Origin: Candidatus Micrarchaeia archaeon
GTDB lineage: Archaea; Micrarchaeota; Micrarchaeia; Micrarchaeales; CABMGC01
Reading direction: 5' to 3'
DNA: 56,412 bases
NCBI GenBank assembly: GCA_049976305.1
Contig: JBMFIM010000002.1
Coordinates: 1 to 56,412, forward strand
In this document: positions 28,385-37,905 of the stretch, piece after piece
Layout: every line of letters starts with the position of its first letter
Position numbering within the stretch: the stretch's first letter is position 1
The notes under the pieces: generated by a model
The model's input: only the letters and a program-made list of their open reading frames with translations
The model's database searches: none
Told to the model about the DNA's origin: nothing
Translations under genes and position numbers: made by a program

Positions 28385-28603
28385 TTGAATAGCGAGCATT
28401 ATCTTGTACCGCCACACAGGATACTTAGCGAGAAGGAAGCGGAGAGAGTGCTAGCTGAGCTTAAGATCCCTGCCAGCAAATTGCCGAAAATATTTGTCAC
28501 AGACCCACAGGCCAAGAAGCTTGGCGCCAAGGTAGGCCAAATAATAGAGATAGATAGAGGGGAAGACGGCAAGTACTACAGGCTGGTTGTACCTGCTCAA
28601 TAA
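28385..28603 (+). CDS. rpoH: RNA polymerase subunit H (Rpo5)
   Basis: HYLVPPHRILSEKEAERVLAELKIPASKLPKIFVTDPQAKKLGAKVGQIIEIDR....YYRLVV. TTG start inferred, since there is no in-frame ATG. Confidence 0.85.
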   Translation: MNSEHYLVPPHRILSEKEAERVLAELKIPASKLPKIFVTDPQAKKLGAKVGQIIEIDRGEDGKYYRLVVPAQ

Positions 28604-28612
28604 CGGGATTTT

Positions 28613-30097
28613 ATGGCAAACGAAGACAAGTACCTATTGCTAGATTCCTATTTGTCTACAAACTCCATAGTGCAACACCAAATAGACAGCTACAATAGAT
28701 TCATAGAGCTTGAAATTCAGAAGATAATTGACAGTAACAACCTGATAGAGCCAAATGTAGAGGGCTTCGGCCTAAAGCTTGGAAGGATAAGGCTTGAAAA
28801 GCCTGTAGTAATAGAGGCTGACAGCTCACGAAGAATATTGCTGCCTAACGAGGCGAGGCTTAGGAATCTCACCTATGCAGCACCAATGTTCTTGGAAATA
28901 ACGCCGATAATAAGAGGAATTGAGAAGAGAATAGATACCACAGAGGTGTTTATAGGCGAATTGCCAGTAATGGTGGGCAGCAACCTCTGCCACACAAAGA
29001 CCATGACAAAAACACAGCTCATAGAAAACGGTGAAGATCCAGAAGACCCTGGTGGCTATTTCATAATAAAAGGTACAGAAAGGGTGCTCATAGGGCTTGA
29101 AGACCTAGCGCCAAACAGAATATTGACAACAAAGGAAAAAGACGGCTCTGTTACTGCTAAGATCTTTTCAACGTCTCCAGGCTTCAGGGCGAGAACAGTG
29201 GTTACAAGAAACCTACACGGCTATTTCACAGTAGAATTTCCAACCTCGAAGAAAGGGGGCGTAGAGCTGTATACGCTACTTAAGGCCCTAGGCATGTCAA
29301 ACGAGGAAATAACCATGCAGTCAAGAGATTTGACTGTATTCCGCAACGACATGCTGCTCAACAGGGAGATGAGCCCTGCAAAGGACATGAGTGCAAACGA
29401 TGCAATGCTAGAAATAGGAATAGGCTCTGCGCCAGGCCAAGCAAAAGAGTATCAGCTAAAAAGGGCAGAGACTCAGATAGACTCTTATCTTCTTCCTCAC
29501 CTTGGCACTACGCCGCAAGACAGAAAAGAAAAGGCAATCTACCTATTGCAGATGGCAAGGAAGGCGTGCAAGGTAGCAAACAACCTTGCAAGGGAAGATG
29601 ACAAAGACCATTATGCCAACAGGCGCATTAAGTTTGCAGGCCAGCTCATGAACGAGCTTTTCACATACGCCTTCAAATTCTTCGTCAAGGATGTTAAATA
29701 CCAAGTTGAGAGGTCGAGCGCAAGAGGAAGAAAGCTGAATGTAAGTAGCATAGTAAGCTCAGACACGCTGACTGAAAAGATAGCATACGCTATGGGCACT
29801 GGAACATGGACTGCGGGCCAGACCGGAGTTTCACAAGTGCTTGACAGAACAAACCTCATAGATACCTACGCCCATTTGAGAAGGGTTAAATCGCCGCTGG
29901 CTAAGAAGAGACCGCACTTCCCAGCAAGAGAGGTGCACGGTACACAATGGGGAAAGATTTGCATTTCAGAAACACCAGAAGGACAGGAGGCAGGGCTTAC
30001 GAAGTACCTTGCAATACTCGCAAAGATAAGCAGCGGCGCTGAAGAAAGCAGCATAAAAGAGCAGCTTTCGAAGTTTGGCCTTGAAAAAAGGGTGTGA
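28613..30097 (+). CDS. rpoB2: RNA polymerase subunit B'' (N-terminal half of a split Rpo2)
   Basis: 494 aa. SYNRFIE, GYFIIKGTERVLI, and the C-terminal HGTQWGKICISETPEGQEAGL. Confidence 0.95.
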   Translation: MANEDKYLLLDSYLSTNSIVQHQIDSYNRFIELEIQKIIDSNNLIEPNVEGFGLKLGRIRLEKPVVIEADSSRRILLPNEARLRNLTYAAPMFLEITPIIRGIEKRIDTTEVFIGELPVMVGSNLCHTKTMTKTQLIENGEDPEDPGGYFIIKGTERVLIGLEDLAPNRILTTKEKDGSVTAKIFSTSPGFRARTVVTRNLHGYFTVEFPTSKKGGVELYTLLKALGMSNEEITMQSRDLTVFRNDMLLNREMSPAKDMSANDAMLEIGIGSAPGQAKEYQLKRAETQIDSYLLPHLGTTPQDRKEKAIYLLQMARKACKVANNLAREDDKDHYANRRIKFAGQLMNELFTYAFKFFVKDVKYQVERSSARGRKLNVSSIVSSDTLTEKIAYAMGTGTWTAGQTGVSQVLDRTNLIDTYAHLRRVKSPLAKKRPHFPAREVHGTQWGKICISETPEGQEAGLTKYLAILAKISSGAEESSIKEQLSKFGLEKRV

Positions 30098-31923
30098 AGA
30101 TGCAAGAAGAAAAATGCTATGTATATCTCAATGGGATCGTAATAGGGAGCGTGAAAGAGCCTGAAAAATTCGTAAAGGAGGTAAGAAATGCAAGAAGGCA
30201 GGGCATGGTCTCTGGCGAAGTAAACATAGCTTATTTGCCTGACATCAACGAAATACACATTAATGCTGACAAGGGCAGGCCGAGAAGGCCCTACATAATC
30301 GTTGAAGATGGGAAGTCAAAGCTAACCCCTGAGCTCATCCAGAAGCTCAAAAACAAGGAAATAGACTTCAACTATCTACTCAGAAATGGCGTAGTGGAAT
30401 ATTTGGATGCTGAAGAAGAGGAGAATGCACTCGTGGCAATGGATGAGGAGCACATAACTAAGGATACCACACACATGGAGCTTACGCCTGTTTCTGTGTT
30501 TGGCTTGACAGTCAACACAGCGCCATATCCTGAGCACAACAACGTAGCAAGGCATGTAATGTTCGCAAGCTACATCAAGCAGGCGCAAGGCCTTTACGCT
30601 TCTAACTTCAACCTAAGATATGATTCGAGGGGCTACCTGCTTTTCTATCCGCAAAGACCCATAGTAAGCACAAGGGTCTATGACGACCTGCACCTTGAGA
30701 AAAGAGCCAGTGGCCAGAACTTCGTTGTGGCAGTAGCTACATACTACGGTTACAACATAGCAGATGCCGTGGTAATGAACAAGGCTTCAATAGAAAGAGG
30801 TCTGGCGCGCAGCATGTTCTACAAAACATATGTCGATGAGGAAAGGCGCTATCCTGGGGGCCAGCACGACGTTTTCAAGATACCGCCTGCAACCACCGAA
30901 AACTACTTGGGCGAGCATGCCTACTCAAAACTCGGAGAAGATGGGCTAATAGAACCTGAGATGCGTGTTGAGGAAGGCGACGTGCTAATAGGCAAGGTAT
31001 CCCCTCCAAGGTTCATAGAAGAGAGCATAGGTGTAGGGAGCTTGGAAGAGAAAGTAAGAGACAGCTCAATAGTGCTAAAGAAAGGAGAAAGCGGAGTAGT
31101 TGACAGCGTCATTCTAGCAGGCACTCTTGGCGCTACAAGGCTTGCAAAGGTAAGAATAAGAAGCATAAGAATACCCGAAATCGGCGATAAGTTCGGAAGC
31201 AGGCATGGCCAAAAGGGAGTTATTGCCATGATAGTCCCTCAGGAGGACATGCCTTTCAGCGAGAACGGAATAATCCCTGACCTGCTACTAAACCCTAACG
31301 GCATACCTCAAAGAATGACATTTGGCCATTTACTCGAAATGCTCACAGGCAAGGCCTCTTCGCTTGCAGGCAGGCTTGCTGATGGAACAGCGTTTAGCAA
31401 GAATGGCAAGCAGGTAATTGAGGAAAGCGCGAAAATACTTGAAGCATATGGCTTTCAAAGATACGGCGAAGAGGTAATGTACAACGGCATCACTGGCGAG
31501 AAGTTCAAAGCTACGCTGTTCACAGGTGTTGTCTACTATAACAGACTTTACCACATGGTCGCAAACAAACTGCAAGTAAGAAGCAGGGGAACTGTTCAGA
31601 TCCTAACGCACCAGCCTACGGAAGGAAAGGCAAGGCAAGGTGGACTTAGGTTTGGAGAGATGGAAAAGGATGTGCTAGTAGGCCATGGAGCAAGCCTGCT
31701 TCTCAAAGACAGGCTTCTTGACCAAAGCGACAAGGCAGAGATATGGATATGCAACGAATGCGGCTCTGTTGGCTACTACGATTATACAAAGCATGTGCCT
31801 GTCTGCCCGCTCTGCGGAAGCAACAACCTGAGCAAGGTTGAAATTAGCTACGCATTCAAGCTCTTGCTTGACGAGCTAAAGGCCATGCACATAAATCCGA
31901 GCATAAAGCTAGGGGAGGAGTGA
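30094..31923 (+). CDS. rpoB1: RNA polymerase subunit B' (C-terminal half of a split Rpo2)
   Basis: 609 aa. GDKFGSRHGQKGV, NPNGIPQRMTFGHLLE, GGLRFGEMEKD, and a C-terminal Zn ribbon CNECGS...CPLCGS. The start is GTG 30094 (GTGA overlap) or ATG 30100. Confidence 0.95.
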   Translation: MKMQEEKCYVYLNGIVIGSVKEPEKFVKEVRNARRQGMVSGEVNIAYLPDINEIHINADKGRPRRPYIIVEDGKSKLTPELIQKLKNKEIDFNYLLRNGVVEYLDAEEEENALVAMDEEHITKDTTHMELTPVSVFGLTVNTAPYPEHNNVARHVMFASYIKQAQGLYASNFNLRYDSRGYLLFYPQRPIVSTRVYDDLHLEKRASGQNFVVAVATYYGYNIADAVVMNKASIERGLARSMFYKTYVDEERRYPGGQHDVFKIPPATTENYLGEHAYSKLGEDGLIEPEMRVEEGDVLIGKVSPPRFIEESIGVGSLEEKVRDSSIVLKKGESGVVDSVILAGTLGATRLAKVRIRSIRIPEIGDKFGSRHGQKGVIAMIVPQEDMPFSENGIIPDLLLNPNGIPQRMTFGHLLEMLTGKASSLAGRLADGTAFSKNGKQVIEESAKILEAYGFQRYGEEVMYNGITGEKFKATLFTGVVYYNRLYHMVANKLQVRSRGTVQILTHQPTEGKARQGGLRFGEMEKDVLVGHGASLLLKDRLLDQSDKAEIWICNECGSVGYYDYTKHVPVCPLCGSNNLSKVEISYAFKLLLDELKAMHINPSIKLGEE

Positions 31924-31924
31924 T

Positions 31925-34465
31925 ATGATGGAAAGCTTGAAGCCTGAAGCCGTAAAGGCAATAAAATTTGGCGTTTTTTCGCCTGAGCAGATAAAGAAGC
32001 TCAGCGTGGCTAAGATAACAGTGCCAGATACCTACAACGAGGATGGCTACCCTATAGACAATGGCCTGCTTGACCAGAGGCTTGGAGTTATAGAGCCAGG
32101 ACTTGTGTGCAAGACGTGCGGAGGCAGAGCAAAGGAGTGCCCTGGCCACTTCGGCCATATTGAGCTTGTAAGGCCAGTAATACACGCTGAATTCTCCAAG
32201 ATTATCTACATGCTCCTCCGCTCCACATGCCAGAAGTGCCACAGGATCTTGCTCAACGACGAGCAGATAGAGCAGTTCAAGGTTGTGCTCCAAAAGGAGC
32301 TTAACAAAGAAGAAAGCAGCGAGGAAACTGTAAACCTGGAAAATGCGATAAAAGGACTTAAGAACATAAGGAAGTGCCCGCATTGCGGAGCTGAGCAGGA
32401 AAAGCTTACCTTCTCAATGCCTACCTATTTCTACCTTGGGGACAAAAAGCTGAAGCCTGATGAAATAAGGGATATGCTGGCTAAGATATCGAATGAAGAC
32501 CTTGCTCTTCTCGGCATAGACTATAACACCTCAAGGCCTGAGTGGCTTATCCTAGACACTTTGCTTGTACCGCCTGTTAATGTAAGACCTTCAATAACGC
32601 TAGAGACTGGAGAAAGGAGCGAAGATGATCTGACGCACAAGCTTGTGGACATACTCCGCATAAATCAGAGGTTGGAGCAGAATATCAATGCAGGAGCTCC
32701 ACAGATCATAATAGACGACCTTTGGGAACTGCTGCAATATCATGTCACCACATATTTCAACAACGAGACTAGCGGAATACCTCCTGCAAGGCACAGGAGC
32801 GGAAGGGCGCTCAAGACTCTAGCTCAAAGGCTCAAGGGCAAAGAAGGCAGATTTAGGTATAACCTCAGTGGAAAGAGAGTCAACTTCTCCGCGAGAACGG
32901 TAATAAGTGCAGACGGATTTATAGATGTTGATGAGGTTGGCGTGCCAGAGATAATTGCGCAGAACCTTACTGTTCCTTTCTACGTTACTGAATGGAATAT
33001 AGATGAAGCTAAGAAACTACTTGAAAGCAAGCAGCCGCCTATGGCCGTTAACGTCATACTGCCAGATGGCAAGAGGAAGAGGGTGCTTGATACAAACAGG
33101 GAAGAATTGATTAAAGGCCTTGCGCCTGGGCAGATAATAGAAAGACAGCTTCAAAACGGCGACATAGTACTTTTCAACAGGCAGCCTTCTCTGCACAGAA
33201 TAAGCATAATGGCTCACAGGGTCAAGATACTCCCGGGAAAGACATTTAGGCTCAACGACTGCGCTGCCGCACCTTATAACGCTGACTACGATGGAGACGA
33301 AATGAATCTGCATGTACCGCAGTCGCTAGAAGCCCAGGCAGAGGCGAAGCATCTGCTCGAAGTAAAAGATCAGGTATTCTCCCCTAGAGACGGCAGGGCC
33401 ATAATAACAGGAGAGCAAGATGCAATAATAGGCCTTTACCTGCTCACAAAAGACACGACATATCTAACTAGAGAAGAAGCCACTCATCTGCTCAGCCTTG
33501 CGCATATAAGGGATCTGCCGCCAGAAAAGAAGAAGGGCATGTACTATGGCAAAGATGTCTTCTCTATGCTCCTTCCTAAAGGTCTTGAGTATGAAGAAAA
33601 GAAAGGCGACAAGGTATTCAAAATAAGCAACGGCATGCTTAAGGAAGGCACTGTTACCAAATCGATTTTTGGAGAAGGCAGCAACCTGCTCGTTGCAATA
33701 GCAAAACAGTTCAACAACGAAGTGCTTAAAGACTTCATAACCAATGCGGCAAGGGTTGGATACGCCTACGCCACAATGGCTGGTGTCACAATAGGAATAA
33801 AGGAGTACTTGCTAGATGAAAAGGCTGAAAATGAAAAGAAAGAAATCCTAAGCAAGATGTACGAGAATGTTAAGAAGTATGTGAAGGAATACAAAGAAGG
33901 CAAGCTTGAGCCTCTGCTTGGCACAACACCGAGGCAATCGCTTGAACAGCTCATAATGGCTGAGCTTGACATAGTAAGAAGCAAGGCGGACGAGATTGTA
34001 AAGAAATATGTGAAGGAGGAAAACAACTTCGCGATGGCACTTGCAAATTCTGGAGCAAGAGGAAGCACGCTCAACATCACCTGGATAAGCCTCTTCATGG
34101 GCCAGCAAGCATCAATATCTGGAGGCAGAATATACAGAGGTTATTCAACGAAGAGGGTTCTTCCTGTACTTAAGCCCAAGCGCATAGGACCTAGAGACCA
34201 TGGATTCATAGATGGCAACTTCCTGGAAGGGCTAAAGCCTGAAGAGCTTATTATGCACGCAAACGGAGCAAGGGCTTCAATAATCTACAAAGGTCTTCTT
34301 ACCGCTAGAAGTGGTTATCTGTACAGACGCCTTTCTAACGCTATGCAAGACTATTATGTACAATACGACCTTAGCGTAAGAGATCCTCACAATAACCTTA
34401 TAGAGACGATCTACGGCGGAGACGGCATAGACCCGACAAAGGTAAGGTTTGTAGAGAAGAGGTGA
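31925..34465 (+). CDS. rpoA1: RNA polymerase subunit A' (Rpo1N)
   Basis: 846 aa. Zn motifs [28 protein letters not shown] catalytic loop, and [13 protein letters not shown]. Confidence 0.95.
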   Translation: MMESLKPEAVKAIKFGVFSPEQIKKLSVAKITVPDTYNEDGYPIDNGLLDQRLGVIEPGLVCKTCGGRAKECPGHFGHIELVRPVIHAEFSKIIYMLLRSTCQKCHRILLNDEQIEQFKVVLQKELNKEESSEETVNLENAIKGLKNIRKCPHCGAEQEKLTFSMPTYFYLGDKKLKPDEIRDMLAKISNEDLALLGIDYNTSRPEWLILDTLLVPPVNVRPSITLETGERSEDDLTHKLVDILRINQRLEQNINAGAPQIIIDDLWELLQYHVTTYFNNETSGIPPARHRSGRALKTLAQRLKGKEGRFRYNLSGKRVNFSARTVISADGFIDVDEVGVPEIIAQNLTVPFYVTEWNIDEAKKLLESKQPPMAVNVILPDGKRKRVLDTNREELIKGLAPGQIIERQLQNGDIVLFNRQPSLHRISIMAHRVKILPGKTFRLNDCAAAPYNADYDGDEMNLHVPQSLEAQAEAKHLLEVKDQVFSPRDGRAIITGEQDAIIGLYLLTKDTTYLTREEATHLLSLAHIRDLPPEKKKGMYYGKDVFSMLLPKGLEYEEKKGDKVFKISNGMLKEGTVTKSIFGEGSNLLVAIAKQFNNEVLKDFITNAARVGYAYATMAGVTIGIKEYLLDEKAENEKKEILSKMYENVKKYVKEYKEGKLEPLLGTTPRQSLEQLIMAELDIVRSKADEIVKKYVKEENNFAMALANSGARGSTLNITWISLFMGQQASISGGRIYRGYSTKRVLPVLKPKRIGPRDHGFIDGNFLEGLKPEELIMHANGARASIIYKGLLTARSGYLYRRLSNAMQDYYVQYDLSVRDPHNNLIETIYGGDGIDPTKVRFVEKR

Positions 34466-34466
34466 A

Positions 34467-35510
34467 ATGATGAAGAACGAACAATATAAAGTCCATCCAG
34501 GCGAGCCTGTAGGCATGATAGCTGCAGAGTCTATCGGAGAGCCTGGCACGCAAATGATTCTGAGAATATTCCACTTTGCAGGTTTAGCTTCAACAATGAC
34601 AACCACAGGCCTGCCAAGGCTTATCGAGATTTTAGATGCGAGAAAAGAGCCAACAACGCCCCAGATGATAATAAGGCTAAAGGAAAGCTACGCAAAGAGC
34701 TTTGAAAAGGCTTTGGAGCTGGCAAGCAAAATAACAGAGGTAAGGCTTAGAGATGTTGCAAAAAGGGCAATAGAGGACTTCCAGAACAAGCGCGTGCTAA
34801 TTGTACTCGACAAGCAGGCTTTGAAGGCGGCAGACATGACGCCAAGCCAAATTGCAGGCCTGGTAGAGAAGAAGTTTGGTGCAAAGGCAAGCGTAACCAA
34901 AGAGTCGAATATTATTCTCAAGCCTAACGCTGAAAAGCCCAGCGAGATAAGAAACTTTTCCACAAGAATAATGCATTCATTGCTAAAAGGGATAGAGGGT
35001 GCAGGAAAGGCAATTGTTTCACAGGACAAGAACGGCGAGTTCTACATCACCTCAACTGGCAACAATATAGAGGCAATAATGAAGCTTGAAGGCGTCGACG
35101 CGCAAAGCGTCTACACCAACGACATATTCGAAGTATACAGGGTGTTCGGAGTAGAGGCCGCAAGAAACGCGATACTGAACGAGCTTGTAAGAACATTGGA
35201 AGAGCAAGGTCTAACAGTCGACAAGAGGCACTTGAAAATTGTTGCAGACGCAATGACTGCACAAGGCGACATAAAGAGCATAGGAAGACATGGAATTGTA
35301 GGCGCTAAGGAGTCTGTGTTCTCCAGGGCTGCATTCGAAGAAACAGTGAAGCACCTTGTAAATGCTGCTGCCTTTGGGGAGCAAGACGATATGATGGATG
35401 TTGCTGAAAATATACTTTTAGGCAAACTTGTGCCTGTAGGCACAGGTTCTGTAAAGCTTAAGGTTGCTGGCGATGCAAAACAAAAAAAGCAGAAAGAGAA
35501 AGGAGAATGA
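34467..35510 (+). CDS. rpoA2: RNA polymerase subunit A'' (Rpo1C)
   Basis: 347 aa. [19 protein letters not shown] trigger-loop region and a C-terminal [14 protein letters not shown]. Confidence 0.95.
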   Translation: MMKNEQYKVHPGEPVGMIAAESIGEPGTQMILRIFHFAGLASTMTTTGLPRLIEILDARKEPTTPQMIIRLKESYAKSFEKALELASKITEVRLRDVAKRAIEDFQNKRVLIVLDKQALKAADMTPSQIAGLVEKKFGAKASVTKESNIILKPNAEKPSEIRNFSTRIMHSLLKGIEGAGKAIVSQDKNGEFYITSTGNNIEAIMKLEGVDAQSVYTNDIFEVYRVFGVEAARNAILNELVRTLEEQGLTVDKRHLKIVADAMTAQGDIKSIGRHGIVGAKESVFSRAAFEETVKHLVNAAAFGEQDDMMDVAENILLGKLVPVGTGSVKLKVAGDAKQKKQKEKGE

Positions 35511-35547
35511 ATGATTTTATAAATGTTTAAAGTGGCATATAAGTGAT

Positions 35548-35778
35548 TTGATGCAAGACAGACCTTTCGACCTTTTGAATAAATCTGTAGGGCAGAGCAT
35601 ACTAGTAAGACTTAAAAACGGAGTAAGCATAAGGGGCAAGCTCATTTCTTTCGACATGCACATGAACATAGTAATGGAAGATGCGGAGGAGCTTGACCAA
35701 AACGGATCGGCAAAGGCAAGGCTAGGAACAATACTGCTTAGAGGAGGCAACATCTTTTATCTTTCTCCTTCAACGTAG
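35548..35778 (+). CDS. Sm-like archaeal protein (LSm/SmAP)
   Basis: RPFDLLNKSVGQSILVRLKNGVSIRGKLISFDMHMNIVMEDAEEL (Sm1) and ILLRGGNI (Sm2). Confidence 0.9.
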   Translation: MMQDRPFDLLNKSVGQSILVRLKNGVSIRGKLISFDMHMNIVMEDAEELDQNGSAKARLGTILLRGGNIFYLSPST

Positions 35779-35779
35779 T

Positions 35780-35864
35780 GGGCTCCTAGCGCAACGGTAG
35801 CGCGCCTGCATGGCATGCAGGAGGTTGCGGGTTCAAAACGATTGTGGAAATCCCGCGGAGTCCA
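35780..35864 (+). tRNA. tRNA-Ala (anticodon GGC) carrying a 13-nt insert (putative non-canonical intron) in the T-loop
   Basis: Hand fold: acceptor GGGCUCC/GGAGUCC with a G3:U70 pair, D arm GCGC-AACGGUA-GCGC, anticodon arm CCUGC-AUGGCAU-GCAGG, variable loop AGGUU. The T stem GCGGG/CCCGC encloses UUCAAA[ACGAUUGUGGAAA]U. It is 85 nt against 72 nt expected. It starts 1 nt after the LSm stop codon. Confidence 0.75.
35838..35850 (+). other. Putative 13-nt tRNA intron or insert within the T-loop of tRNA-Ala
   Basis: Removing ACGAUUGUGGAAA restores a canonical 7-nt T-loop UUCAAAU. The exact borders are ambiguous because of flanking A residues. Confidence 0.4.
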
Positions 35865-35935
35865 CTTCTTTTCAAAAGAGACGAGCACACACTTAGCACA
35901 TGCAGGGAAAAGAAAGCACCCGCAAAAGTCTATAA

Positions 35936-36252
35936 ATGGGAAAAGCAGCGAAGGAATTTTATCGCATGCTGAAGCCGAGCAAATATTGTGCAATTTTAAT
36001 AGGTGACACCAGAAAATACAAGCACCAGGTTCCTATATCTTTCAGAGTAATGCAGTCTTTTTTGGATGCAGGCTTTATCTTGAAAGAAAGCATAATCAAA
36101 GTCCAGCACAATACTAAAACGTTCCCCTTTGGGCAAAGAAATCAGTTGAAAGCAACTTTTTGCTATTGATGCACGAGCATTTGTTTGTTTTTAGGAAGCC
36201 AGGAATTGATGAAAGCTTAACAAAATTCGAAGACAGCATGAAGTGGTGGTAG
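35936..36252 (+). pseudogene. Truncated and frameshifted C-terminal fragment of an N4/N6-type (DNA or RNA) methyltransferase
   Basis: Frame A gives MGKAAKEFYRMLKPSKYCAILIGDTRKYKHQVPISFRVMQSFLDAGFILKESIIKVQHNTK. After a 1-nt shift near 36115-36125, frame B gives VPLWAKKSVESNFLLLMHEHLFVFRKPGIDESLTKFEDSMKWW*. The N-terminal SAM-binding and catalytic half is absent. Confidence 0.6.
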
Positions 36253-36458
36253 CTTCCGACATCAATGCCATACGATAAAAATCAAAAAGGAGTTAAAAGG
36301 GAAAACCCAAATACAGAAACTCAACCTAAAAAATCAATAAAATCCTATTTCTTCTTTCCTCCCTTCTTTGCCATTTTTCTCACGCGTTAATTTTTTCTCT
36401 CAACAAATATTTAAATATAATCAATAAAAGTCGTATATACGCCTACATGATAGGAGCG

Positions 36459-37772
36459 TTAACTTGCAAAAAAGCTTTGCATTTTCTTTCTTAAGGCCCT
36501 GTCATTCTTGAATGTGTTGTAGAGCTTCTTCATCTTCCTGAAATCACTGATAAGCTTTCTCACATCCTGCTCGCTGACTCCGCTGCCCTTCGCAATCCTT
36601 CTTATTCTACTCGGGTTGTTAAGCAGGCTATCATCTTTGCGCTCTTCCGGCGTCATAGAGTCTATTATAGCCTTATACTTCTTCAGCTTTTCCTCGCTTT
36701 GCTCCAACACGTCCTTTGGCAAATCCACGAGCCCCAGGCTGCTTGCTATGTTTTTCAGAGGCCCCATCTTGCCCATCGCCTTGAGTTCGTTGTAGAATGT
36801 GGTGAAGTTAAGCTCTTCTGTCTGCAGCTCTTCCGGCTTTATGTTCGCCTCTTTGATTGCCTTGTTTATGCCTTCTACAAGAGAAGCAATGTCTGGCATG
36901 CCAAGAAGCCTGCCTACAAACTTCTCTGCATTGTAAAGCTCTATCGCATCGAGCTTCTCGCCTGTGCCTATGAAAGTCACTTTGGCGTTGGCAGCATGCA
37001 CAGCGCTCAACGCGCCGCCGCCTTTTCCAGAGCCGTCAAGCTTCGTTATTATAACGCCAGTTATTTTCACTGCTTCGTCGAATTCCTTGGCCTGCTTGCC
37101 AGCAACCTGGCCGGTATCTGCGTTTATGACAAGCCACTTCTCGTCTGGTTTGAACGCATTGTTGATGCGCTTTAGCTCTTCAATCAGCTCTGAGTCCAAG
37201 GCGTTTCTGCCACTGGTATCGCATATCAGCACTTTCTTGTCTTTGAGCGCTTCAAGCGCCTTCTTTACTATCTTCTCCACATCCCTCTCTCCTTTTATTC
37301 CGAAAAAGCCTACGCCTGCCTGTTTTGCAAGCGTCTCAAGCTGCTCATAAGCTGCAGGCCTAGAGACATCGCATGCAATGAGCCCGCTGCTCAAGCCCCG
37401 GTCTTGGTAGTACTTGGCAAGCTTTGCAGCAGTTGTTGTCTTGCCAGAGCCATAGAGGCCTAGAAGCAGTATGCGCTTTGGCGAAAGCTCAGGCACATAG
37501 GCTTCGCCGCCAAGCATGTTGACGAGCTCCTTGTACAGCAGGTTTATGATATAGTCCTTCTGGCTTACTCCTTTTGGCACCTTTTCGCCTAGCGCAGCTT
37601 CCTCAATCCTTTTTGTCAATTCAAAAACAGTATCGACGTCAACATCAGCACTTAGCAAAGCTTTTTGAAGCTCCTTGTTGAACTCCTTTATTGTCTTGGC
37701 GTCTATTACCACTGCTCCCGTAAGCTTTGCAATGGCAAGCCTCAATCCTTGGCCCAGGTCCATTTCGCTCAA
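36459..37772 (-). CDS. srp54: Signal recognition particle protein SRP54
   Basis: GLYGSGKTTTAAKLA P-loop, DTSGR, TKLDG, and a Met-rich M domain at the C-terminus. Confidence 0.95.
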   Translation of the reverse strand: MSEMDLGQGLRLAIAKLTGAVVIDAKTIKEFNKELQKALLSADVDVDTVFELTKRIEEAALGEKVPKGVSQKDYIINLLYKELVNMLGGEAYVPELSPKRILLLGLYGSGKTTTAAKLAKYYQDRGLSSGLIACDVSRPAAYEQLETLAKQAGVGFFGIKGERDVEKIVKKALEALKDKKVLICDTSGRNALDSELIEELKRINNAFKPDEKWLVINADTGQVAGKQAKEFDEAVKITGVIITKLDGSGKGGGALSAVHAANAKVTFIGTGEKLDAIELYNAEKFVGRLLGMPDIASLVEGINKAIKEANIKPEELQTEELNFTTFYNELKAMGKMGPLKNIASSLGLVDLPKDVLEQSEEKLKKYKAIIDSMTPEERKDDSLLNNPSRIRRIAKGSGVSEQDVRKLISDFRKMKKLYNTFKNDRALRKKMQSFFAS

Positions 37773-37827
37773 TCCTAATCGAAAATTATTAATAAGATTA
37801 CTAAGAAAATTAATAAGCGAATGCTTT

Positions 37828-37902
37828 GGGCTCGTAGCTCAGCCTGGTCAGAGCGGCGGTCTTATAAGCCGTAGGTCGAGCGTTCAAATCGCTCCGGGCC
37901 CA
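37828..37902 (+). tRNA. tRNA-Ile (anticodon UAU)
   Basis: 75-nt hand fold: acceptor GGGCUCG/CGGGCCC, D arm GCUC-AGCCUGGUCA-GAGC, anticodon stem GCGGU/GCCGU with loop CUUAUAA, T arm GAGCG-UUCAAAU-CGCUC, discriminator A. Confidence 0.85.
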
Positions 37903-37905
37903 CTT

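Noticed and set aside
35815-36006. 63-aa ORF overlapping tRNA-Ala and the methyltransferase remnant
   Set aside because: It starts inside the tRNA gene and has no coding signature. It is better explained as a chance frame across the tRNA and pseudogene.
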